Part shown: piece by piece, positions 49,646 through 64,000 of the stretch | How positions within the stretch are numbered: the stretch's first letter is position 1 | How the letters are laid out: the number at the start of each line of letters is the position of its first letter | Assembly: GCA_009103225.1 (NCBI GenBank) | Contig: RHPI01000385.1 | Location: 402,493-466,492 of the forward strand | DNA from: Chlorokybus atmophyticus | Lineage: Eukaryota; Plantae; Mesostigma and Chlorokybus algae | Length of the DNA stretch: 64,000 nucleotides | Direction of reading: 5' to 3' | Program-made: the position numbers and the translations under genes | The notes under the pieces: generated by a model | Database searches by the model: none | The model's input: only the letters and a program-made list of their open reading frames with translations | Told to the model about the DNA's origin: nothing

Positions 49646-51288
49646 NGGGCAAGCAAGGCAGCACAACAAAGGCCTAAGGCTGCCATTGGCAATCAAACAT
49701 TACCCATGTCAACATGCACAAACGTTACGGCTTTAAAGACGTCAGCTTTGGTTTATAAGTTGCAGCGTCTTACCCGTTAACATTATAACGGCTAGTGTTC
49801 TAATTATAACTACAATCAGTATTGCTGCTGTGAGCCACAACATGATGATGCACGGGTGATGTAGACAAAATATATTGTGAAACTGAACAACCAAAGGGTT
49901 ATTTCATTTAATGCCTTCCATCTTACGGCTTGCAATTCAAGACAAGATAGCTATGCAAATTACGGCAAAGTGAATGGCTTTATCTACCATACTAGCATAT
50001 GCTGTGTGTATATAAATATATTTATATATTTTGCGTGTTTATATATTATAAACAAAAACAACGCAATCTGTTAATAAGTTTCATTGTGCATGCCGTTTTG
50101 TCGCATGCGAATTGCAAGGATACAGTACTACATATTATATGTTATAAAATCACATACAAATTACCTATGTTTTATTATAAGTATAAGTATTTGTGATTAG
50201 TTGTTTGATAAAATACAATGGCGTGTATTATAACTTTAAAGATAAGAGTGATGGCCGCCACCACACGACTGTTGTGTGTCTCATCGTAAGAGTGGGGGCT
50301 ACATGGAAACAGGTACGTGTAGCAGCATTTAATATGCGGCGTGCTTGTACTAGTTATTATGGGTTCCATCAGCAGTGCATCTCTGGCTCTCTCTCGCTCT
50401 CTTTCTCATTTTGCAATCGTATGCATTTTCACAATAGATAAGGTTAATCACCTCACGTTGCATTGTACGTGTATATCTACAAAGCATTTGCATCGTGTAA
50501 CATACAAAAGCATTTGCACCGTTAAGGTAATCACCTCGCGTTTTTTTTAGCGTGCATACTTGGTAACGTTTGCATCGTGTAAGATGTGAAGAAAAATAAA
50601 TGAAAATTTTTGGAACATGATGCCCTCCTTATTTCCACAGTGCTCGCTTTCAATATCGTGAGGGCCGTACAACTTGCAAGGCGTTTTTGATAATATAGAT
50701 TAGATAAAACAAACATACTGCCCCCTTAAACGTGTGAGGAGCCCTGGTATTCAGGGAGACAATGCATTTGATACACACATTGGAACACAACCATGTCACA
50801 TCCCACTTCACGATGTCATTGCTTATGATACACGATTGACAAGCAGCACAACATATGACAATGGCTGTACCCACAATGGTATACTTTTGCTTATATCTCA
50901 CACTGTGATGAGACTCACTGTGAGTTAGATGATGATGCTCAAGAGCAACATGTGTAATGTGCATGCATGTACCTTTCAAGGTTGCAAGTTTCCGATTCCC
51001 ATGATCCAAATCCCCGTCGAGGAACTCTCAAATATTAACGCTTGCGCCCATGCTTTTCGCTGTGCACCAGCATATTCTGCGGGTTAGCGTTTGCTGCGGG
51101 TTAGTCAGAGCAGCTGCTGCTCAGAGGCGAGCCTCTGTGGGGGCATGCAACTGGGGCTGCGAGACAGTGTAGGGTGACAACCCTATCGTTGTTTGGGCGA
51201 GGCCTTGCTCATTCTTGCTCGCTTTTCCTTTGACCAAACACCACCACCAAACAGCAGCACAACGTAGTGTGATTTTTTGCGCTTCAGC

Positions 51289-53299
51289 ATGGCGGCCGCC
51301 GCCCATGCGCTGCATTTGCCTCAGCTCAGCGGATGCGCACCCGCAAAGGCTTGGGCTGGGCTTGCCGCTCAACGGAGGTATGTGGTGGTTTGTTGTAAGC
51401 TTCCGGCAAGCTTGCATGCCTGTTCCAAGCTATGGTCATGGCTGCTGCAACTCGTGATGTCAACGGCTTTGCATGTGACGCTGCTGCAGAAGTCAGCAGC
51501 AACAGCACGCTGCGCTGCCTTTCTCTGCACGCCTTCATGCAAAGCCAAGTCGCTCAACCCTGCTCCAAACCACTTGCAAGGCAGGCGGCGGCAAAAGGTA
51601 CCAACTCAGTTGAAGCGTCACACGCACGCTGTGATGATGTACATGTGGCATTAATGTGAAGCAAGGTAGCTTGCCATGCGCAAGTCACTAGTTGACGAGC
51701 CTTACATTTGGCATTGCAGTTCAAAGCAGCAAGGGGGCAAACCGGCTCAAAAGGGGTTCAAGCCGCCCAAAGAGGAGCCGCCCAGGCGGTCGAGCGCATT
51801 TGGGGACGTATTGCCGAACAACCGCATTGAAGTGGTAAACTGGTGTGCTGCATGCGCTCGTGCTATAAGCTGACATTTGCACTGGCAAATATGGGTTTGT
51901 GCTTACAACGACTTTGCTAATGCTTTCATCTGCAGGTTGACCCGGAAAGCGACCGCACTATCGACTGCTTAATACGCAGGAGGGTTACGAGCAGCTCTGG
52001 GGACCAGTGCTATCTGGTGCAGCCATTGGACATGTGAGACTGCAATGCATTGTGACATGTCAATCCTGTAATTGTTGTTCATGTGTTATTAGTGTTGCAT
52101 GCGTGTGCTGACCTCCTGAGGTCTGGAGGCAGGGCTGTGCAGATCCTGTCCCAGGGCAAGGACGGCAGCATGGAAGATGTAAGCTTGGCAGCATGTCTAA
52201 TGAGTTGCGAGTGAATAGTGCACAAAGTCGTGCATGGACGACCCGTGCATGTGCACACTCACATGCGACTGATGAGATAGATGACCCACTTGTGTCATGT
52301 GCATTGATGCTGCGTAATGGTTGGCAGTTGGATGACGATGGTATCGAACCGGTATTGCCTGTTGCAGCCAAGGCTCTGGCAGAGCTGGGCTTCCACCTAG
52401 TGCACTCAGCGTAAGCCAAGCAGCAAGCACATCACTACAAAAACAGCTTAGTTGCTTGTCACCTTACGCAGGCATGTTCCAAGCAAGCTCTTTTTGTGGG
52501 CTGCTTGTCAATCCTCTGTGACTTGCAGGTATGCTTTGACGATCCGGGGCCAGGTCATGTTCAGCGAGGAGAACATGGTTGAGTTTGATGGAGGTGAGGC
52601 ATTGTACTCATTGTACCCTTGTGCACAGGTCAGGTACAACAATTCGTCCCTCATGTCTTTGTGTGCAGCTGATGGCGAAGAGAGTGCCGTGGAGGGCGTA
52701 GAGATCTGCTCCTTTAGCTATGTATAAATCTTATTGATAGCCTTTGGCATGGTTTCAACCCGTGATCATGTCATGCCAGAATGACCATGGCTGATAACTG
52801 AGCAGCTCATCTGTTTCTTTGTCATGCAGAAAAATCGCGAACACCTTGTTTATGCCCCGTTGGAGAGGCTGACCTTTGTAGCCTATCAGGTAGCGTGTTC
52901 ATGTGTCGTTTTATGATGACACTGCAAGCGCCATGCTGGTTGCCTCTGCCATGGCTTCTGAACTGGGCTTTTTGCTGCAGGATAAGGAAAGTGGCAAGTG
53001 CATCTTTGCACCTGATGAGGTAAGGCATACCCACTGATCAAAATGCAAATTAGCTTCACTGCACGTGTGTCACATTTATTCTGCATGCAGATAAGCGAGG
53101 ACCCTGCAATTGATGAGGCCATAGAAGAAGAGGAGAGACGTGAGGAAGAGTTGGCGTTGCAGGTGTGCACTGTGTTGAGAGTGCAGTTTCAACATGCATA
53201 CTGTTGCAGACATTAGACCTCTAGAACAGCGCATACTGCATGCTGTTGAAATGGATTCAAGACATATGCAATGTGTGGTTGCAGGAGTCGCTGAAGTAG
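51289..53299 (+). CDS. Plastid DUF3727-like protein
   Basis: Transit-like N-terminus, then DRTIDCLIRR, YLVQPLDM, EPVLPVAAKALAELGFHLVHSA|YALTIRG, VEGVEICSF, HLVYAPLERLTFVAY, EDPAIDEAIEEE, ESLK* (TAG 53297-53299). Confidence 0.8.
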
Positions 53300-54059
53300 C
53301 CCGTCCCCTTTGTACTGCGTACAGATTCTCAAGGGGATCGCCGCCGGCATCGAAGAATCCAGAGAAGACATGAGCACGCGGCGGAGGTTTGTCAACGCCG
53401 CAGGTTTTGGTGCACTGGCCGCAGCATCCATCGCTGCCGGTAGAGATCGGTTTTTGCAGGTTGCGCGAGTGGTAGCGCGAAACAGGCTAAGAGGTTCAGG
53501 GGGATGAGTTGCGCACTTTGCAGCAGTAGCACAGTTGGCAACTCAATGGTGACGCATGTTGGTGTGATATGGTAGAAGTCCACAATTGAACATCTGCATG
53601 TCCATCTTGATCGAGAAAAAGTTTTGTAGGAATTTGAAAATGAGCACTCTTGAAGTAAGTGCAAACATCATCATATGAAGCATCGCTGACACAAGTATGC
53701 CAGCGACAGCAATGTACAAACAATGTGTAGCAGAGCGTGCTCTGAAGTCATACCACGCAACGACAACTGAACAAGAGTGCGAACCACACTTGTTACTCAC
53801 AGTCAGACAACCATGTCACTGTTCGGCACAGCATGCACGCACCATGCCCTGGACATCGTGCGTGCCACAAACCCGCTTGCAACACATGACATCCAAAACC
53901 ACACTCAGTCTGCGGGCGCTGCACTTCACAGCACTTGATGACACCACATGGCACAAAGTATCGGTGGCCACAAAGCCAAGGTCAACATGCAAGCGGATTA
54001 CGCAAAACTGCTACCATCCTTGATAAAACTACCATTGCTACGCAAGTTTCTACAAACTT

Positions 54060-56624
<2,565 letters not shown>

Positions 56625-57157
56625 AGCTTACGAATGTACGTGCACACAACCTTCTTCCAAGCGCAATCCCCTAGGAGGCCGCCTCCACAACCACCACCGT
56701 CGCTCGCACCACAGCTCGCACCACCACTGCCGCCGCCGCCGCTGCTCAAATGCGGCGGGTTGCGATGTTGCGAGTTGTAATCCCGTAAATCTGAAATCCT
56801 CAGGTTCTGCAATTTCGACTGAACACAAGGAGTGTCACGTTGGCATGCATTGCTGAACCTCATGAGAGAATCCTTGCGACGGAAAAGGGTGCAAAGGGTT
56901 TTCCCAACCAGTCGCGAGTTGCCACAAGCGTGCACTTGAGTACCTCTCAATGAGTTCGCCGCGGCCGTCTGCCTGGTGAACAGCGCAATTACTGCAATCC
57001 GCTGTATGCCGCGGCTGTGTGACGCAGCAAGTGAGCTAGGATCACTGGTCTCACAGACAGAATTGCTAAACGCGAACCGCTGAATCTGGTTCAGTGATCC
57101 AGCTTGGATGCAACAGCATCATGTGCTGCCATCCTGTAGGTGAGCCTCAGCTTGACC

Positions 57158-59999
57158 ATGGCGACGGCGGTGGCGGTGCTGGCCGGCTGCGATCCGCTGG
57201 CTCTGGAGGTGCTGCTCGAGGATTTGCGTAGGTAGCAACAGCTGGAGTTGGATGCTGCCTTCGCGCTGTGTTTGCAACTGGGATTTGCTGCACCGACGCA
57301 AGGTGAGCTTCAGCAAGCAATGCACAGCTGGCTGGTTCTCCTAAGCTTACCTTATGTTTGATGTGTGCAACCACTGTGCTCGTCGGTCGTGCGGGCGGGC
57401 GGGCGTGCAATGCCTTGTTTTCTAGAAATTGAGCTCAAGTATTGTTACAGATAAGTTTAGCTAAAATATTCTGTGTATTCTGTGTTGTGTAAAGCCTTGA
57501 AGAGCACACCGCGTGAACATAAACTTCTTGTGGCCCAAGAAGCCATTCTGGTGACAAATCCTTGCACTGGCTGCACGACCTCTGTGTTAGCAACCATGCC
57601 TGCTTGCTTATGCTTATTGTCGAGGTCTTCAACTCAGAGGGACTGCTGCATGGATGTGCATACTTTACCTGCTTTGAACCGCAACGTGTTGATGATATGC
57701 ATTGGTCAGGTGGTGCTGGCTTGAGCAGCGTACGGGATGCTTGCTCAATCACTGCGCTTGAAGAGCACATTTGAGCCATTACTCAGGTGCTGCAAGCAGT
57801 CAAGGATGGCGAGGTATGGCAGTCAGGCGTTGCAAGCTTGTGAAGGCAGGTTGCCTGTTTCATTGTGAAGCCGCATGTTGAGAGGTGCAGTACTAGTATA
57901 CGTTTGAGTAGCTGCTTTTTTGCTTCACAAGGAAGCACAAGCTGTACCGGAAGCCCAACGGAGGCAGCTGATGGTTGCGAAGCATGACGCCGCATTTGCT
58001 CGCTGGCTGGCAGCAGTGCCGTAAAATCAATGGTTGGAGCATGGGGACACCTACGAGCTGCCCATTGTGCTGCCTGCAGTGCACCAGGCAGCACAAGGTA
58101 CCCACCTGCAAGTTGATTGCTTTCAATCTTCACTTGTTGATGGTGCACCACTGCAGCACCAGAGCCGAAGCCATGCATGCAAATGCCACCTCCACAAGAG
58201 CCGTCTCACAGCACAAGCCAACCAGCAGATCAGTTGCGGTGCACTAGTGCGACTGGGAAAATAAAGGAGCTTCCACATGCTGAATGCATCATATCCCTTA
58301 AGTCGGTGCCGTTGATGGTGAGTGCGCCAACTTGGCTGCACTTTGGTGCGAGATGCTGTGAGTTGTGCAGCTGGTGGCACATGCACCTTGTAAACGCCTC
58401 ATAAAGTCAATTGCTGAGCGCCTTGGGGAGCTCAGCCCGCTACCGCAACTGTTGACTGATTGAAGCGCATACAACGCATGGCCTACCAGCTGCATTCATC
58501 AGCACCTTCACGTTAGCGGCCACGCACTTTGTGCAATTGCTGTCATTGACAAATTTCTGTGTGAGCTTGCAATAGTCAGCTGTGCATGTCTCTGGTTCAG
58601 TCTCTGGTTATTAGAGACCCACTGCTCAACCAGTGCTGACTGGGTGCATAACTCACAGACAAGCAGATTCACTCAGGTGTTGCTATGCAGGACATATGCT
58701 ACCCAACAGGCCCTTCATACAACACAAACGCTGCTGAGTCTTCAAGCAGTGCCGGCGCACCCTGCAATTGTGGCCACAGCATATGTCGCATTCGCGCCGT
58801 CAAGTATTTGAGGCTTAAATTAAAGAAGGAGGATGTGCCCATCAAGTTTGCAGAAAGTGGTTGCAGGTAACGGACACCTTCTTGAGACATGAAGATGTTG
58901 TTGCGTGAAAGCGCACAAGCGTGCGTGTGTGCGTTCATCTTCAGCGTGACTACTGGCACAGAGCTGCCTTCGATTGTAGCTTTGCTTGGCAGGTCCACAT
59001 TCGGACGCGCTGATGTCAAAGCTATACTGGAGGATGACGAGCAGGTGGCATTGTTTCCGCGTCTGGATGCTGAGGCCCATATGAAAAACAAGGTGTATTG
59101 CCCAAACAAAGAATGTGGGGCGGTCATGGACATCTCCAATCCCAGAGGTGCAATTACATGTAGTAAGTGCCTTCGCCCATTCTGTGCAGCCTGTCAAGTG
59201 GTTTGGCATGCTGGCTACAGCTGTTAGGAATACCAGTCGCTACCTGACCATCTCAGGTACTCAGCGACGTGATTATTGCTCATGGCCTGCACCTTTTGGC
59301 ATATCTAAAGTGCTAGACTGCAACGCTGCCAGCAGTGCCCCACAATGGTGCTTTATTCCAGGACACAAGAAGACTTGCAACTGCTGAGGTTGGCTCACAT
59401 AAACGGTGGCGCCAGTGCCCAAGTTGCAAAAACATGGTGGAGAGACCAGCAGATGGCTGCAACTTCTTACTTTGCCGATGCAAGTCAGGTTTCTGCTACC
59501 AGGTATGCACAGGCACACATAACGTCCACCAACGCAATCGACCCAATAACTTTTCTGTTGCGCTTGGGCTGCATAAACACATGTGAACTTGCTTATGGCT
59601 TGTCGGTGGTGCTGAAAATGTTGATATGGGCTGAGAGTTGTGTCGCTTGCCAGTGCGGCGTGGCCTACACTGATCTGCCTCCAACTGCGAGCAATTCGCA
59701 CGGCACACCTGGTTGCCAGTGCGGACTGTGGCCACTTGAAGACGAGCGGGAGAGACTTGATGCAGTAGCGCCACAAGTTCCTGCAATGGTGCCACAAGTT
59801 CCATTAGAGGTTGCGCCTGAACGATGCAACCATGCACCCATGCACCCATGCACCTGAACGATTGCCCCGTGCGGCCAGACGCTACAACCGCATGTGCTGG
59901 TCTCAAAGACTTGAGCTCTGCCACCATGGCCGAAGGAAGTGCTGGTTCTGGCATGAAGACGAGCCCAACTACGTCACCAAGGCAGTGGAAGAGGCATGA
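57158..59999 (+). pseudogene. RBR (RING-IBR-RING) E3 ubiquitin ligase pseudogene with a C-terminal CCCH-like motif
   Basis: HDAAFARWLAAVP*NQWLEHGDTYELPI (TAA 58022-58024). RING1 has lost cysteines (CGHSICRIRA, PIKFAESGC). IBR YCPNKECG...CSKCLRPFCAACQVVWHAGYSC*EYQ (TAG 59225-59227). A frameshift precedes KRWRQCPSCKNMVER...GCNFLLCRCKSGFCYQ|CG. Confidence 0.8.
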
Positions 60000-60302
60000 G
60001 ACATTGCAGAGAAGAAAGCAGACTTGATTTTGTGCAACTCCTTGCGGCTAGCCCATCGCATAAAGCGTGGGCGGAATGCGTAGCACTCCTCCGGCGCGAG
60101 TAAATGATTTTGTATTTCAGTAGCGCAGGCAAGCCAGCCTATCTCTTTCACATGTTGTTACCTCAGTTACTCAGTCCGAAATCAGCCGCACGCATTGCAT
60201 TGAGTTGTAGCAATGCAAGTGTTCCAATCTCGGCTTTGCGGCGTGCTGCAGTCTCATATGATGCAGCAACTATCGCGCAGCAGCAGTCATGAGCCCCTTT
60301 GC

Positions 60303-61284
60303 TTATGAGACATGAGTGAACTTGCTGTCGGCGTCGAGCAACATGGCGCAATGTCTGCACACACACCACACCTCTATACAAGCGGCATACGCGCGTCCAA
60401 TGCCCAGCACTAGTCCAATCCCAGGGTAGGTCAGAGCGGCCAACCATGATGTAGCTGCAACCCCTGGGTGTGCGATCAACCATAGCCAGAGAGGCAGGAA
60501 GTCCAAGCCTGCCACAATCAGTACACCAGCGGCACTGCGCACACACAATGTAGGTTTACCAGCATCCAGCACCCAATGTCAGTGAATCGTTTGCATGTAA
60601 TACGTTGCACATCAAACCTGCGGAAGCCGTTTGCCATTGGCGCTGTCACCCAGGCCGGCGCATTTACGAAGAAACTCTGCTTCCAGCTTTGGCTGCCAGG
60701 TGCTGCATGCGTACACACAAACACGCACCTGTTGCAAGAAGATGTTGTGCACGACTGGCACATCGTTTGCTGCATGCAACAAGACAAACAGACACCAAGG
60801 CACATCAAAGTGGTCTCCTTAAACACGCTGCTGCTGACAACTATACACATACGCGTGTGTTAGATCATGTTGCTCACCATTCCAAGCATGTTATCAGCGT
60901 CGGCCACAGAGCCGAATCTGCTGCAAGGCGCCACAACAATGCGCGGGCAACGCAATCCACAGTCACATCCAAGAAAGCCCCAAACGCAGACACCTGCACA
61001 CACATACACTGGTTGGTTCAACTGTGCCTTATTCCAAACAACCCTTGCATGCTATTCAAGACTCCATTAAAGTGCAACCAACACACCTGATTGAACGCTC
61101 TTGCAAGCGTGCCGTCAACAGCGTCAAGCGCCATGAAGACAACATAGCCAAGGACGAACAGCTCCGGACGTGCATGCCGGTCAAGCACAGAAAAGACGCA
61201 TGCCAGCAGCGCCACGCGCAGGTAATCAACAATGTTCGGCCAGTAGAGGAGTACGTGCAGGCGGCCACAAGACGGCAAAGGCAT
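60303..61284 (-). CDS. CDP-alcohol phosphatidyltransferase family protein (PIS-like)
   Basis: LLYWPNIVDYLRV and the signature DAVDGTLARAFNQ|VSAFGAFLDVTVD (D-x2-DG-x2-AR-x7-G-x3-D-x3-D), followed by hydrophobic helices. Confidence 0.85.
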
Positions 61285-61847
61285 AGCTGCAACTTGCACT
61301 CTGCAAGAGACGACAGCGGAGTCTAGCTGCCAGCTGGCAGACGGCCTGCCGCACGCATGGCCGCTATGCCTCGCCGCCCACCAGCCTCAAAACCCTCGCC
61401 TGGGAGCGCTCCGGACAGCATGCATGTGCGCAGGGACCTCGTGGTGTGCCGTGCCGCTTGGCTCACGCCGCCGCCGCGGCCGCCAGCGGTGTGATAGGCC
61501 ACGTGTCTGGTGCTCAGTGCTGGAATCGGGCGCATGTCATACACTGTGCCCACATGCCTCACGTGACGCCAGCATCGGTGTGCATGTGTGCACAATATAT
61601 ATGGAACAGGATTGCTCATTGCTCAACCTCGACTCCTTTGCTTGCACACAACAAGCATGCACATGTGCACACGAGCTCACAAGACTAGTTTTTGTATATG
61701 TAAAGGAGAATGTAATGATGTGTGTGTGTGTGTACCCTGCTGCCAACTAACTGCCCCACTACCACCGCATTGCACATTACATAGCAGCACTCAAGGGTAG
61801 CGAGTAGATGGCCCCGAGTGTAATTTAACTGCCTGTGATGTGGGGGG

Positions 61848-61875
61848 NNNNNNNNNNNNNNNNNNNNNNNNNNNN
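61848..61875. other. Assembly gap (N run)
   Basis: Seen directly. Confidence 1.
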
Positions 61876-62673
61876 TCACCAGCGGCGTGTGGACATCAGC
61901 ACTTGTGGGGGGGATTTGTTGCCTATGCTGAATGTGCCCGCTTTGCCTGAGCACGCATGTTTATATATATACATGTTTATATACATGGCATATATATATA
62001 TACATGGCATACAACGAATTATACCCTGCGCACATGTGTGCCCTACTATGTGATTATCGTATCAATGTGCAAGTGTGAAATGTAAATGTGAATGTGCAGC
62101 CGTGCATGTAATGCGCATGACTTGTTGCGAGCATTACTTAAAGCTCTTGAACTTACACTGTAAAGTATTAATACTATGTGAGCGATGGCTTATTGATTAG
62201 TATTCATGCATGTGCTTGGTGAGTACGTTTTATATCATATAGAATATGATGTGCATAAACGTGTTGTGCTACGCTGCGAATGTGCGTGCGCGTGCTGTAA
62301 TGCCGTGTTCATACATGTACACATGAAGTCCATATACTAGCTTGGTGGCATATCAGATCCTGGACAGGGGCAAAAAGTGAAGGTTGGGGCTTGAACAATA
62401 GCAAGATGAAATTATGGATAATGATGTTGTAATATGTATGTAAGTTTACAATATCAATTCTTAAGGATACCACTATCGTGTTTACTCGGCCGCCCCGCGT
62501 GGTGTCCCTCATTTCCCCATTGAAAGCTGCCTTACAACAATGCATGCTGCACAAAAAACAATTGGTCCACCGCTGTCAGAATGGGTTTTATATGTAACTA
62601 CTATACTTTGTATATCATGTACGACATGCGTTTGCATGATACACATGATGTATTATGCGCACGCATTGTCGGG

Positions 62674-62715
62674 AGCGTGACCCTCGACCCACCGAGGAGA
62701 GTCGAGGGTCACGCT
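62674..62715. repeat. Perfect 15-bp inverted repeat with a 12-nt loop
   Basis: agcgtgaccctcgac-ccaccgaggaga-gtcgagggtcacgct. Confidence 0.95.
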
Positions 62716-62939
62716 GTCTCGGATAGCTGCAAGGAAACACATGCTACTGCAGCAGGCTGTAGCATGTCAGCAAAAGCAAAAGACAACCCGGCTCTTACAG
62801 CATAGATGCTCTTTGGAGCGTGTTTGGTGCGACTCAATACGAACGTGTGGAGATGCACTCCACCATAGTGTACATAGTGTGTAATATAGTGCACAGTTGA
62901 CAAGCCACCCCCTTGAGCCTTTGTTGATGTTCCAGCTCC

Positions 62940-63950
62940 AGGGCTCGTTTTTAACGCAAGTGAGGAGAGCCGTTGGCGCGGCACTCATTACACCAATACT
63001 CTTCCATGGGCACATCGTCCGACGGGGGCTACAAACAGTAGCAGTGTGCAGGCCCTTGTTGCAGCTATTGCATATCAATATCTTGGAGTCGTTGGCGTTG
63101 CCACAGCGCTCACAGCGGGTGCTACGCGAGGGGCGAGGGTGCTGCATGCGCCCAAAGCCATCTACATAAGGGAGGTGGCATGGCGCGTAGTTCACCATGT
63201 TGTCCTTTATCCTCTCGCCGTTTTGGCCGAGGAAGTCCAGCACACATGTAAAGTACACATTTAATACCTTGTTAACAGTGCAACCGACGGATGTGTCTAG
63301 TGTGTCGTTGGTGGCTGCCATGCGGTAGGCAAAGTCTCCTGCCTGGAATCGACGGTGGCGCTCCTCATAAAACCATGGCGAACGCACTTGTAGCGCAGCG
63401 TGTCGCGGTGCTGCGCGATGCGCAAGTTGTTAAAGGCCATGGGAACGGTGCCCTTGAAAAAAACTGCGCTTGTGGTGATGTCGTGGTGCACCCAGTCGGG
63501 GTTGACATGTTGTTACCATACGATCGACCTCCTGTTGTGCATGAAAGGGAAGCTGTGACGGGCGCCTTAATGCAAACATTAAGTAGTATGGGCTGTAATC
63601 GCGTAAAGCTGCTTGCTTTAATAGGCGATATCAAAGGGCCACCCAAGGGAGGTGGTCATCCCAGATATTCTTCTCATGCTCTAGCACGTACTTGCGGGGC
63701 CTAGGGCCTTCTTAATAGTTTGCATCGTGCGCTCGGCGAGGCCATCGGCTTGAGAGTGGTCATGCGAGGTACGGTGGTGATCGATGTAGCACCTGTCCAC
63801 GAGAGTGTCAACGCAATGCCTTGGTCGGTGATGACCTCGGCGTAGCTGCCGAATCGGCTAAACATGAGAGAGGAAGGCTTTGAACACCCCCCTACCGCTC
63901 TTGTCGAATATTGGCAACAGCTCCACCCACTTGGAGAAGTGCTCAATTAT
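62940..63950 (-). mobile_element. Degenerate Ty3/Gypsy LTR retrotransposon integrase with a C-terminal PHD finger
   Basis: Across frameshifts: FSRFGSYAEVITDQG (second catalytic D), IDHHRTSHDHSQADGLAERTMQTIKKAL (catalytic E), WDDHLPWVAL*YR, SPYYLMF, AFNNLRIAQHRDTLRY, RRFQAGDFAY, NYAPCHLPYVDG, CERCGNANDSKILICNSCNKGLH/CYCL*PP.DDVPMEEYWCNEC. Confidence 0.85.
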
Positions 63951-64000
63951 TATAAAAATGTAGCGATTAGCGCGTGCCGAGGGTGACAAGTCTCTTATAA

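Noticed and set aside
58022-59227. In-frame TAA/TAG at Glu/Gln-like positions in the RBR gene, suggesting a TAR=Gln alternative genetic code as in some ulvophytes
   Set aside because: Other genes in the window end in TAA or TAG exactly at their expected C-termini (Era, JmjC, TL20.3, GBPL, EEF1AKMT1). The RBR locus also has a frameshift and lost cysteines, so pseudogenization explains it.

Overview
Eukaryotic, intron-rich nuclear DNA from a green plant lineage. It encodes plastid-targeted proteins (TL20.3, Era, class II KARI, DUF3727) and streptophyte-style TRFL and At2g38840-type GBPL genes. This pattern best fits a green alga, possibly an early-diverging streptophyte (inference, not verified). 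I reconstructed about 16 spliced protein genes by hand from GT-AG boundaries and translated motifs: a coiled-coil protein (partial), a PKA regulatory subunit, a small 2-TM protein, TL20.3, a JmjC protein, a TRFL Myb protein, a Kelch protein, Era, an SRPBCC protein, gamma-SNAP, a GBP-like GTPase, a POLE4/DPB3-like histone-fold protein, an EEF1AKMT1-like methyltransferase, DnaJ, a DUF3727-like protein, KARI and a CDP-alcohol phosphotransferase. There is also an RBR-ligase pseudogene, a transposon graveyard at about 28.2-30.9 kb (Penelope-like RT remnant, MITE, perfect hairpins) and a decayed Ty3/Gypsy integrase with a C-terminal PHD finger at the right end. The most intriguing signal is a 76-codon exon inside TL20.3 intron 2 that splices in frame to exon 2. 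It would replace the soluble pentapeptide domain with a single transmembrane tail, giving two thylakoid proteins from one targeting peptide. Two exact duplications (75 bp and 1153 bp) each end at a single N and are probably assembly artefacts. All homology calls come from motif recognition by eye; no searches were run.
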